DNA of 63,919 nucleotides, counting the filler, from Globobulimina sp. (lineage: Eukaryota), in assembly GCA_003354225.1 (NCBI GenBank). It is 44 parts of 44 records of this genome, joined end to end, with 100 filler letters (N's around TTAATTAATTAA, not from the genome) between each part and the next. Parts side by side here need not be neighbours in the genome. Positions count along the whole stretch, not along the records: positions 46,572 to 47,925 come from PIVH01018074.1; positions 48,026 to 49,379 come from PIVH01018075.1; positions 49,480 to 50,833 come from PIVH01018076.1; positions 50,934 to 52,287 come from PIVH01018077.1; positions 52,388 to 53,741 come from PIVH01018078.1; positions 53,842 to 55,195 come from PIVH01018079.1; positions 55,296 to 56,649 come from PIVH01018080.1; positions 56,750 to 58,103 come from PIVH01018081.1; 36 more parts are not named here. One strand, written 5' to 3'. Of this stretch, positions 46,572 to 58,250 are shown piece by piece. The stretch's first letter is position 1. Each line of letters starts with the position of its first letter. The notes under the pieces are model-generated. The model had not been told where the DNA came from. It saw only the letters and a program-made list of their open reading frames with translations, and made no database searches. A program made the translations under genes and the position numbers.

Positions 46572-47925
46572 AACTAAAGTTGCAAGGGAGTTTGCGGAGC
46601 AATTTGTTTCATATTTAAATGGGCAATCAACGTTTAATGACAAATCACAGGAAAGATTCGCAAGTTCTATACATATAAAATTTTCATTTGTCAACGCAAA
46701 TGGAATAATTTTAAATAAAAATGATTTCATTGAATGGGTGAAAGCATCAAATATTGATCGAAAATCAAAAGAATATGATGGTTGTTTTCATATCGATCCC
46801 AAATCATATTCCATCGTAAATACATTACATAACAACAATCATATTGTTTGCTGCCAATTTGTTATTCATCCATCATTTGTTTCGATATTTTGTGGTCATA
46901 ACGGAATCAAAGAAATACAAAAATTACATCCGGCGCACCGCAGTGTTTTAGGCAGTAAAAAATGTAAAATGACATTCATTGTTTCACAAAACAAGATAAG
47001 ATATGTTGTATCAGCATTTTATCGATTTGTGTCTGTAACAAAAACACATTTAAAATCGATGGCGACTCAAATGCGATTTGATAAACAATTACCGTGGTTC
47101 TCCTCAAATGCAATGAATTCCAAATTTAAACATAAGAAACTTCGTTCTCAGTCCGATATTTATAACGCATTAAGATCAATAAATTATATTCCAAATGGAA
47201 TTTGTATGATAATATCTCAATTCGCACATAATATATTTACAGAAACCATTGAAAATTGTATTTTTCCATTTTGTTCATCATTTGCGCTGTTTTCGCGTAA
47301 TAATAAACATCGATATTACCAACAGATGGAAGATACATTGGATCGCAAATTCCATATTATCAATACAATAGATAATGGCAGAAATTATAAAGAATTTACA
47401 AACTCTGTGTCGAACATTGGCGGTAAAGAAAATTCAAAATATACTGTAAAGCAACGAGATTTCAAATTGTTGGATTTGTTTGATGATATTGTAATCATTG
47501 GATATCAGGAATGGATTAATGATGATACATTTTATTTGTATCTCACACCAATTTTGTGCCTCAATAAAGGGAAGAAAGATATTTCAAAGCAAAATCCAAT
47601 ATTATTTGTTTATGCACACGTTGTGATCCCATTTGACAATTTGCAAAGATTTGAGCTCGTGGAACGATAATAATATAATGAATGAATCAAATATGAACCA
47701 ATGGTTAATCTCAATTGAAAGCCATGAAAATATGAAGAAACAACAAATAATGATGAATGAGTTGATGGCATTCACGGAATTGAGCCATTTGGATGCAATG
47801 AAAATATTAAAAAATGCAAATTGGTCATTATCTGCGGCGATCGAGCATCATTTTTCTGCACAAGACATTGAGCTCAGAATACAATCAGAGAAAGAAGAAA
47901 AAAGCAATAAAAGCAACACTAATTT
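46572..47925 (+). CDS. Hypothetical protein fragments, ending in a UBA-like domain (probably chimeric or frameshifted)
   Basis: ORF 46738-47670, then AFTELSHLDAMKILKNANWSLSAAIEHHF (UBA-like). Confidence 0.45.
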
Positions 47926-48135
47926 NNNNNNNNNNNNNNNNNNNNNNNNNNNNNNNNNNNNNNNNNNNNTTAATTAATTAANNNNNNNNNNNNNNNNNNN
48001 NNNNNNNNNNNNNNNNNNNNNNNNNTTTGAAAAAAAAATTGTTTTTGCTAGGTAGATGCCTCTAAAGTACACAAAAGTACGAGAACACAGCGTAAGAATG
48101 CATTTAATTACGTCATTTACCTACATTCCCTAACT

Positions 48136-49379
48136 TTAATAAATTACGAACAAGACTATAAACACAAGGTACATCAGTATCATTATAATCCCATGAATCA
48201 GTTTTAATTTGAGGTTATTTAAATGCATCATTATTAAAAACAAAAACGAAGCAAATATCTGAATTAACATCAATCCAAATGCATTTTTGGTGTTTACATT
48301 ATTTGCATTTCCATCGTATTCATTTGACAACAGATACTTAAACAAAAACGTCGTTCCTAAGACAAAGCATATATTAAATATATTGGAACTAAAACAGTTT
48401 GAAATAACCATATCAATTTTGCGGTTTCCATATTTTTTTGCTAAAATAAATGAAGTTAATGTGTCAGGCAATGATGAACCAATTGCGATGACTGACATTC
48501 CCATAATCGATGCTGAGATATTTAAGCAATATCCGATTGTGGTACATATGCTCAGCAGTATGTATGTTATGACACACATATAAATGATAGATAAACAAAA
48601 CAATAATAAAAAGTTTGCAAAATGTTTGTTATTGTTAATATTTACTATTCTCCCATCATTATTATTATTGCTATTTGGTAGTGGGAACGTTGATAAATAA
48701 TCACTTTCTAAGTCAATAATACTCGAATCAGCAGAATCATCAACAGATAATACATCGAACTGCGTTGGAACTGAAATTGGAATGAGATAATAGAATAATT
48801 TATGGATAGGCTTTGAATAAAATAATTTATAAAACTCACTGATAATATCCATGCATATCATTGTTGATCCTTTTTGTTTATGATTGTCAGCAATAACTGT
48901 CTCATATTCATAATCCGTGTCATTAATATCCATGGTTTTATCACATAAATGTTTGCATTTGTAACTGTTTAGCAATATTATTACATATATAATCCATACA
49001 AAAATTAAACATAATCCTTCAAAACCACTCATTTGTTTCGGTGATGAAATATCATAAAAAATATATAATAAAATGGCTGACATTATGTATGCTAAAATAT
49101 CGCGATACAATGCAAATGAATTAATGCTTTCTGTATTTGCGTATTTTGTGTCTTTGTGGAAAGTATTACAAATAATGACATAGAAACCAGTGACAAATGA
49201 TGTATTATACATTGACGAACCAACAATTGTGGATGGTGCTGGATTCAAATCAAAGTTATCTGAATATAAAAATATTGCTATTAATGATGTAAATAATTCA
49301 GGTGTGGTGAACCAATGGCCATGAGAGTTGCGCCTTGAATGTCTGATGATAACGAGAACTGATTTCCGATATAACTTAA
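48136..49379 (-). CDS. K+-dependent Na+/Ca2+ exchanger (SLC24/NCKX-like), partial, with a 1-nt frameshift near 49306
   Basis: Alpha-1 repeat GATLMAIGS/TPELFTS...IVGSSMYN and alpha-2 repeat AIGSSLPD...SNIFNI. Confidence 0.85.
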
Positions 49380-50487
49380 NNNNNNNNNNNNNNNNNNNNN
49401 NNNNNNNNNNNNNNNNNNNNNNNTTAATTAATTAANNNNNNNNNNNNNNNNNNNNNNNNNNNNNNNNNNNNNNNNNNNNGGTATCGATATCACTCATGTC
49501 CAACATACCCGATTCCAACATACCCGAGGTCTTGGGACTTGTCTTTTTAATCATGCATTTTGGTGCGGGTATGGACTCGTTTTTTGATGGATTTCTGGCG
49601 GAATATGGCTAGCTAATTTGTGACATGTGGCATTGGATTACTGGGCCTTAATATTTCTGCCTTTTTTTTCTGATTTCTGTGTTTCAAAAAATGTGAAAGA
49701 AAGAAAAAAGTCCCAAGACAATACTTTACTTGAGTTCAATTATTCTTCCCTCCCCACACAAATCACTGTACCTTTGAACAACCACAGCAGTAACACCTCC
49801 TCGTGCAGTTTATTAATACAATGGGACTAATGCAAACATATCCAATCGCCACTATCTCTTAAATTATCTTTCTTTAGTTTATTCAATTCTGTGGAATCAC
49901 CAAACATTTCGTCCAAAGTTGGGATGTTCAGATCCTGTGCAAACGCAGTGAAACAGCAGCATTGTTTTTCTGTTCATTCATTGATTGAGCATTGCTTTTT
50001 TTGCTTTGAACATTATTATTGCCATTGTCTGTCGATTCCTCAAATGCTACGTTTTATTGATCGAGAGTTTCGCCAGAGAAAGTGAACGAGTATGGAAGGG
50101 AATGATGGATACTCACGTGTGGATTAACTGATGCATGAATTGGCTATTTTGGGAATAAAGAATAACCAGGGAATAGGAGTCCATCTTTTTTGAAGTGTGT
50201 GTTTTTGAACTTTAAATCCAACATCAGAAAATGTGTTGCAACATTATTATCGCTAGTGGACTGCGATTTCTTGCATTATTTGTTCCATTATGCTTTTCCG
50301 GACAACTTCCTTAACTTTTCGGAGAAACCAAATACAGATGTGATAAATGAACATCAAAAAAGGCTAATGAATGGCTGCAATTTCGTAAAGGTTTTAGCTT
50401 TCGTGTTCCAAACTATGTTATTTTTGACTTCCTCATCTTCTTCGTTCAAGTCTGTGATCAAAATTGAGTTCGAGTTGGGATTGATAA

Positions 50488-50680
50488 ATGTGGGTGTTGT
50501 GCTAGCACTGAACAGGAAAAGGAAAATAAAATGTTGCACAAACAATTAGCAGATGAAAAACGAAAAGACCAATCAGTTAAAAAATTGCTATTTTTGGGAA
50601 GTGGACAATCTGGTAAATCAACCATGTTCAAACAACTCCGCGTACTGCACGGAACTGGATATGCAGACAAAGACATATTG
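50488..50680 (+). pseudogene. Heterotrimeric G-protein alpha subunit N-terminal fragment with a disrupted start
   Basis: KLLFLGSGQSGKSTMFKQL; ATG-T-GGG-TGT-TGT places MGCC out of frame by one nucleotide. Confidence 0.65.
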
Positions 50681-50933
50681 ATTGTCGTGATTGGAGTCGC
50701 AGTAAACCTCTTAGAATTCATACTAAACGCAAATCCTCAATTATCATTTTGCATTTATATTCATTATTGCATTTATTAATATCAAAATTATTACTACCAA
50801 TTACAAAAAAATTTATTTATCACCAGGCAAGATNNNNNNNNNNNNNNNNNNNNNNNNNNNNNNNNNNNNNNNNNNNNTTAATTAATTAANNNNNNNNNNN
50901 NNNNNNNNNNNNNNNNNNNNNNNNNNNNNNNNN

Positions 50934-52168
50934 TTAATAAATAAATAGACTAAAATATGATTATAGTGTGGAATTCTGTAATCATTGTATTTCCTAAAAA
51001 TGGGCTTTTTCCGTGTTAATGTGATGTCGATGGTTGTGTTAATATAATGTACCAATGAATATAACTCACGAAGTGAGGCCAGGGTATGCAACATAAGCAC
51101 CTCCTGCATTGCAATACTCCCGTCACTAATAAATACACAGACAAAAAACAAAAAAGTGAACTCCGCCATTAAAGACATGAAGAGTTGATGAGTTGAGAAA
51201 GTTTTACTGATAAACAGCAAAAACATTCCCAGTACACACACACTCAAAACACACAAAACACACAAAACTAATCCACACAGAATTTGGCAGTTAAATCTAT
51301 GATAAATGCTTGCTAATATTTCTAAAAGTTGCGGGGGAAAAATAGGTATTACAACCATATAATCTCGTTTTATTTTCATTCCCTCATAGCGGCGAATCTT
51401 TAGCTGTACAAAATATCAATTTATTGAAAAACCTGCAAATACCATGATCCAAAACTGATCACAAAACACTGCCAAAACGTGATCAAACCACCTAAAAATA
51501 TACTGACACAATCAATTGCTACATTAAACGTATAAATCCTCCAAAATCTCCGCATCCATAGACCCATAACAAAATAGATGAACGTAAAGTCACCAACATT
51601 CCAAGCTCCAATGTACAAAACTTGGCAATGCATCCTCGATAATGGGATTCTAACCCTTCTAAAAGTACTCCAAAAACGCATAAGATATAAAATATCATCG
51701 TACCTTTCGTATACGGGTTCAACATCTCCCCCTCCGAGGAGAATCACATCAGATCTAAAGACCCAAATGTGAGTCACTAATATCCAGGACAGAGTGAGAA
51801 ATACCAATGTAAACAATACATAATAAAATAAAATAAAACACCAATAATATAAAATTAAACGCTGAATAATCAAACAACAAAATAACCAATACCAAAGGAA
51901 TAAAATTAATATGTTCCACGCCAGAAAAACACCTAAAAAAACTAAGATAATAATAATACTCCACTGCACGAAATATACGCCATGATCAAAATTTGAACTC
52001 GATAATTGTGCACTTTCAAACATAAAATTAAAATCTATACTGTCGACCGATAAATCAAAGTTTAAATTGAAGAGCGAACAAACTCCATGACCAAGATATC
52101 CTAATCGTTGTAGCTCCGCAAATCGGTTGGTCAAATTCCTACACATTATATCCATAAAGGACGAATAA
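50934..52168 (-). CDS. Single 397-aa hydrophobic ORF on the circle (51379->50934, continuing 52168->51421), weak Cox2 resemblance
   Basis: The junction reads ...NHILVYLFI-NYSSF-MDIMC... without a stop, fusing the two tracked ORFs; only 41 nt remain outside it. Confidence 0.6.
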
Positions 52169-52287
52169 TTAATAAATAAATAGACTAAAATATGATTATA
52201 GTGTGGAATTCTGTAATCATTGTATTTCCTAAAAATGGGCTTTTTCCGTGTTAATGTGATGTCGATGGTTGTGTTAATATAATGTAC
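50934..52287. other. Contig with an exact 119-bp terminal direct repeat (50934-51052 = 52169-52287): a 1235-bp circle or tandem unit
   Basis: Base-by-base identity of the first and last 119 nt. Confidence 0.92.
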
Positions 52288-52387
52288 NNNNNNNNNNNNN
52301 NNNNNNNNNNNNNNNNNNNNNNNNNNNNNNNTTAATTAATTAANNNNNNNNNNNNNNNNNNNNNNNNNNNNNNNNNNNNNNNNNNNN

Positions 52388-52900
52388 GCGTATGCAGGGC
52401 CGGGCGATTTGTATGAGATGGATTTGCCGAATGTCTTGGATGTGAGGGATTGTTTAATGAAAGAATTTGGTGGAAATGGGAATTTTGCTGAGGACCATTC
52501 AAAAATAAATATAGAAAGGCATTCATTGAGGAAATCTATATTTGATAAGAAATGGATTTCTAATTTGAGCCAAGAGATACGGAGTAAAAATGTAATGGGT
52601 AATGACTTGAGTAATGTGCTTATTTTGACAGAAGCGTTGTTTTGGTTGCTCTCGGAAGCTGAATGCGAGAATTTGATAAAAAGAATGTCTGAACATTTCA
52701 GTGGTGCTACTTTTGTATTTGATGCAAAACCAACAAAGAAGTTTATGGCAGAAAATGAAGGCAAATTGTTTGAAACGCAGAATCAATGCTTATTGCTGAA
52801 TGAGACTCAAGTTCGGAAAAATGTGCCATTGTTTGCAAGAGTGGCATGCACTATGATCTCTAAGGGGACGTTTTATGTTACAAAATTAAAATATTTGTGA
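52388..52900 (+). CDS. LCM/TcmP-like SAM-dependent methyltransferase fragment
   Basis: LYEMDLPNVL.VR, SIFD..W and LILTEALF.LL...FVFD. Confidence 0.7.
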   Translation, partial: AYAGPGDLYEMDLPNVLDVRDCLMKEFGGNGNFAEDHSKINIERHSLRKSIFDKKWISNLSQEIRSKNVMGNDLSNVLILTEALFWLLSEAECENLIKRMSEHFSGATFVFDAKPTKKFMAENEGKLFETQNQCLLLNETQVRKNVPLFARVACTMISKGTFYVTKLKYL

Positions 52901-53183
52901 GCTACGTATTGCTATCAATCAATACATAATTAGCATGGACTTGTTCTTGCCCGTTTTGTAACACTTACCACCATTAATCATGCTAACTATGCCCAAAACA
53001 AATCCTGATGACACCTCCCCAATTTATATGGGTTGAACAGACAATTAATTTAAAATTATAGATCTACAAAAAATAAAAAAATAAAAAAAAAATACAGGAA
53101 AAAAAACTATGGATTGAAACGTACATAAAAATAATATAAAAATGAAGGGAAAAACATCTTATAAATAAATCATTTGTATATCA

Positions 53184-53741
53184 TTATATCTTGTTATTAT
53201 TATTATTGTCATCAATATTAACAATACAAACACAACACGCGATAATTATCGATATAACGCAGGTTAAACAAACAACAAACATTAATGCCATATTTATATT
53301 TGAATCAATATCCTCCAAACTATCAAATTTATTAACTACATGTTCAGTTTCACGTTTCTGAGTATCATGATCATGTGACAAAAAATCACCATCTTTCACA
53401 CATTCATGATTGTAACAAACAGATCTTTCACCACAACAATTGTCATGGTCCAAACATCCATAATATCCTTTTTTAATACAACAAAACATTTTACTTTTAT
53501 CATAAGAAACTATGTCTTCACACCGACATGTTATCCCATTCTCTCTCTCATCAATATCATTGGGACAGCAATCCTCTGTTTTACTACATCTGCCACCAAT
53601 AAAACACTCAGAAATATCATTTGTTGGATCTATTAAACACACAAAAAAAACATCTATTAAACACACATATATATATATTCACAAACTGTGAGTTGGGCCA
53701 TTTGTCGGTATAAAAGTTGGATAAACAGTTGGAAATGTTGG
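53184..53741 (-). CDS. Cys-rich type I membrane protein C-terminus with a Pro/Thr linker
   Basis: Two Cys-knot-like modules and a C-terminal TM helix. Confidence 0.55.
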
Positions 53742-54163
53742 NNNNNNNNNNNNNNNNNNNNNNNNNNNNNNNNNNNNNNNNNNNNTTAATTAATTAANNN
53801 NNNNNNNNNNNNNNNNNNNNNNNNNNNNNNNNNNNNNNNNNGTTATAACTTTGTCTTGGGTTTGCAAATCCAGAACAAAGTCAGAACAAATTTATAATTT
53901 AACCAAATGTATACAACTTATCGACCAAGGTGAGGGGGGTTATCTTTTGGAATATATCGTTTAGATTTCTATAATAGGCTATTTGGCTTTATTCGTTTCG
54001 GTTTGCTGTTATCAATAAATGTCGAAAATGCGCTACATGTACAAAAAGTATACATTGTTTACATGAGAAAAAATGTTAATTTCATGTTAAAAATGTCTCA
54101 GAAAGGAACAAAAATATAATTTAATTATAAATAATAAATATATACAAGTAATTTAATTTTTTT

Positions 54164-55195
54164 TTATTTTTCCAAATCTTTTTCCATTTTATTAAGCTCA
54201 TTAACCCCATCACACATAAACTGCACCAACGTAAGCTCAGAATATCCCATTCGAAATTTGTTACTGATATCCACCACGGCATCCGCTGCAATCTCCGAAT
54301 GCTCGCCATACAATCCACGGATCTGCATCTTATATTTGATGCCGATGTCATTCAATTTGTCTAAACCTTCCTTGCATAACTCGGGCAACGAGATATGCAC
54401 AGACGCTCTCAATCCGGTCCCCAAATTGGTGGGACAACACGTCACATTTCCATACTGTTTGTCGAACAAAAAGCCATTCGATTTGCCATTGGTCACCTTC
54501 TTGATGCCGGCTTCCATGGCAATCACCGCCTTCTTCAACCGATCAAACACTCCCTTCACATTATTCGTCCTCTCCATCGAGATCAGCCGTAAATGGTCGC
54601 CTTCATTCAACCACACAATGAACGTCTTGGCCTCATTCAAGTAAATACCGCGTCCTTTGGGGAACCATAAATGATATCCGCTGTCAGTCTGCATCGGGTC
54701 GTCATCGCCGGAAAACAAAAAGTGATCATCGATGAATTGCTGTCGCACTTTCTCCTCCATCCCATACAACGGATAATATTGTCCTTTTAAGTCGGCGTCG
54801 CTCTGCAAAGTCGCAAACACCTTTTTCATAATGCCCTCAATCTCCAATTTCACCGCAACGTCGGTCTGCGACGGAGCCAACGGGAAACCATCGATGTTGC
54901 GCGCCACCCGGATTCGCGTCGATTTTATGTTTTTGATGTTGGGAATGTCCCCTTCATTGATGCCTTGCTTCTCGTCCGAGTCTGCGGAAAACGACGATTT
55001 GATGCCGTTGTGATACGTCTTCGTCTGATGATAGTCTTCGATCACAACTCCAAAGATGTCATTGAACAACGAATACGACTCGATATCGCCCGCATGAATA
55101 CCCACCAAACTCTGCGGGTTTTTCACCCCGGTATTTATCGCATTTTTGAGCATGAAGCCATTGGCCGTCTTCAACTCCTTCAACTTCTCAAATAA
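54164..55195 (-). CDS. ATP:guanido phosphotransferase (arginine kinase-like), 5' truncated
   Basis: STRIRVARN, DDHFLF, GRGIY, NEGDHLR, CPTNLGTGLRASVH, RGLYGEHS and DISNK.RMG. Confidence 0.93.
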   Translation of the reverse strand, partial: LFEKLKELKTANGFMLKNAINTGVKNPQSLVGIHAGDIESYSLFNDIFGVVIEDYHQTKTYHNGIKSSFSADSDEKQGINEGDIPNIKNIKSTRIRVARNIDGFPLAPSQTDVAVKLEIEGIMKKVFATLQSDADLKGQYYPLYGMEEKVRQQFIDDHFLFSGDDDPMQTDSGYHLWFPKGRGIYLNEAKTFIVWLNEGDHLRLISMERTNNVKGVFDRLKKAVIAMEAGIKKVTNGKSNGFLFDKQYGNVTCCPTNLGTGLRASVHISLPELCKEGLDKLNDIGIKYKMQIRGLYGEHSEIAADAVVDISNKFRMGYSELTLVQFMCDGVNELNKMEKDLEK

Positions 55196-55295
55196 NNNNN
55201 NNNNNNNNNNNNNNNNNNNNNNNNNNNNNNNNNNNNNNNTTAATTAATTAANNNNNNNNNNNNNNNNNNNNNNNNNNNNNNNNNNNNNNNNNNNN

Positions 55296-56649
55296 AATGA
55301 CTGCATTATTTACTCCGCCGTATTCAGCACAGATTGCGAGTTCCGATGGGTTTACTTGACCCAATGTATCATTTATTTATTGCTCGCAGTCTCATTCTGC
55401 CGCGGTCCAAATTATCGCTTTGTGGTCGCCAAACAGATCAAAAAGGCCAATGTTTTACTATTCGCATTTATTTTATTATGCATCATCGGCTTAATCGAGT
55501 TTGTGTACACCGTCCTGTACTTCAATACGCATCGCGGCTGGTTTATATTCGAATTATTGATCGATATTTGCGGTTTTTCCTTGTTCTTTTCCTACGCACC
55601 GATCGTGGGCAAATTGGCTCATTTTCAGGACAAAATTGGCAGAAAAACGCTCATCGCGCATATTTGCTTTATTCTCATCACTATTTTTACTGTGATTTGG
55701 CTGTTAATTGCGATGTTTTTCAAGTTACAGCTCGAGGATTCGGCGTCGAATTCGATGGCCATCGTATTGATTATATTGGAGAGCATGGTGATTATCGAAT
55801 GGATTCATGTGGTTTTCGAGTGTTACCAGCATAGAGATTATTGGATCCAGGAAAACGACGAAGTGGTTATAATCATTCCGGACAATGAGGATCAAGGCGA
55901 AGTTGAGCAAAAAGAGAGGGAAAACGTGCAGAACATAGCTAAAAAAGTGCTGTTGGACTATGAGATCAATTGGAATGTGTGGTTTTATGTGGCTTTTTTG
56001 ATGCAAATGACAGGGTTTTTGTACGGCTTTTTCAAGGCGGTACCCACTGCGGATACGAGTAGCTGCGCCACGAGCTTTGAGATCACATTTGAGATTTGGA
56101 ATAATTGCAAGAATCAGAGGTGGATTGTCCAGTTTGTGCTGTATGTGATTGCTGCCATTATTTTGATTACGCGGTTTTGTGTGATGGAGGATGCGGAATT
56201 TAAATTGTTTCAATTTCGCAGGTTTGTGTATGGAATAACTGTTGTGTTATAGCTTCAAAATTGAATATTTTGATGGAGTTTAGCTCAAAAAACACGTTTC
56301 TGCATAGATTTGAAGCACAGAATGTTGTTATATTCAATTTTGGAGCGATTTGCATCGTGAAACTGCACAATATATAGGTTGTATTTTGCATTTATAATTT
56401 GGATTCTTTTGTTGTTGATAGAATGTTTATTTGTTTATGTGGTGAATAAGAATTATATGCTTCAAGTAGGCATTGATTTTTTTGGCTATTTGTCAATGTT
56501 CATCCAGGCGTTGTTTGTGGTGATAATGAGGATATATACGAGGTCGCCCTTCATCCGTGTACTTATAAGGGATTTCCCTTATTAAGGGATTTCCCTTACT
56601 AAGGGATTTCCTTATAAGAGATTTCCATGTATAAATATTTCTCTGTATA
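55296..56649 (+). CDS. Multi-pass membrane protein, partial
   Basis: ORF 55356-56252 with about seven hydrophobic helices and further hydrophobic segments downstream. Confidence 0.55.
56566..56627. repeat. Tandem palindromic ~17-bp repeat TAAGGGATTTCCCTTA (about 4 degenerating copies)
   Basis: Seen directly. Confidence 0.85.
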
Positions 56650-56749
56650 NNNNNNNNNNNNNNNNNNNNNNNNNNNNNNNNNNNNNNNNNNNNTTAATTA
56701 ATTAANNNNNNNNNNNNNNNNNNNNNNNNNNNNNNNNNNNNNNNNNNNN

Positions 56750-58022
56750 CAAGGCCAAGGCACACAGCTTAGTCACGCAACCTTCGCTAAGTTGCCCGCG
56801 TTCGCCGAGTATCCCAGAAGAAGATGACATTTTAGACATCGACCACATGTTAGCGGTGCACGGGAGTGGTGACGACGCCATGTCTTCACATTCAGATAAC
56901 TCAAGTTACGGTTTTTCGAGTGACAGTGACTCTTCATCTACAGACCATGACTGCGAGATGCCGAACCCACTAAAACCGAGTGGCAAAGTCCTATTTTCAG
57001 CTACCTGCACACCTCCGGCAGAGTCACCCAGTTTGGAGCGGTCCTCAAAGTCATGTGATGCGTTGTTGAGCGGCTTGAAGAAGTTTAAAATCATTAAGCA
57101 AAGCTGTACACCCAGCAAAAGTTTTGAGTCTACAACTACTGATTCGCACGAATTCGAAGAGAGCACCGAAAGTATAATACGAGATATGGCTGACGATGTA
57201 GATGAAAAGGATGACTTTTCAGATGTAGATAGTGATGGAATTGGCAGTATTGGCTCTGGCAACCATTTAACCACATCCATGTATACTAAAATCGAGCATA
57301 ACGCGATCACGCCGTTACAATTAGCCATTGTGGACGAGATGAGACAGCGGTCGTTGTCCAATGAACATAACGTACGGGATCGGACCTTATCAAATGGCTC
57401 CATAGCATCCAACGCGTCGTCTGCTTCGTCGTCGAGCAGTTGCTCGTCGTCGAGTGATTGGGATGAAGAGGTCCGTGAGGAAGAGGAGGAAGAGCGACAT
57501 AAGAAACTGCAGGGCAACGGCAGTGCGAGTGAGTCGATAGAGAGCGAGTTGGCCACTTCTAGCGACAGTGAGAGCGATGTAGATGACGAGGATTGCGATG
57601 ATGCATTGTTACTATCACTGCAGCAATCCAATAAGAACCAGGATAGCAATGATAATATACCCATAAGACCGCAATCTACGCCGTTTAGGTCGTCCAAAGG
57701 CACTGCGGCGTTCCTGTCACATTTGAAATCGTACGGAAGTGGCAAGTTAAGTGGCAATTTGAATGAGTTAATCAACGGCGTATCGCGCAAATTGAATAAA
57801 ACTGAAAGACAACGAAAAAATAAAAATATGTCACAGCAAAATGATTCACAAATGAAACCAATCAAAACTATAAAACCAGTGATGATAATCGATAAATATA
57901 AAACAAAATTTGCGGATAATCCCAATGGATATAACAGCCCGCAACCATTGAAAATGAAAAAAAATAAAAAAAAAAGTTTAAAGCGTCACAGAAACGAAAG
58001 AATGTGTTCTCATCGAAAGTAA
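56750..58022 (+). CDS. Low-complexity Ser/Asp/Glu-rich protein with a basic C-terminus, partial
   Basis: 391-aa ORF. Confidence 0.6.
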
Positions 58023-58250
58023 ATGTTTGATTTTTTTTCATTTTGCATTTGAAAGGCTGTCAATCTGTAATCTCAAGTTGTTGTTGTTTATATGTACTAA
58101 AATNNNNNNNNNNNNNNNNNNNNNNNNNNNNNNNNNNNNNNNNNNNNTTAATTAATTAANNNNNNNNNNNNNNNNNNNNNNNNNNNNNNNNNNNNNNNNN
58201 NNNAAACGCAAAAGGAAAATATTCGGAAAACAGTGGGGTTATCGTTGAGG

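Noticed and set aside
49300-49312. Programmed frameshift in the NCKX gene
   Set aside because: No slippery sequence; a one-base deletion near a contig end is more likely an error or pseudogenisation.
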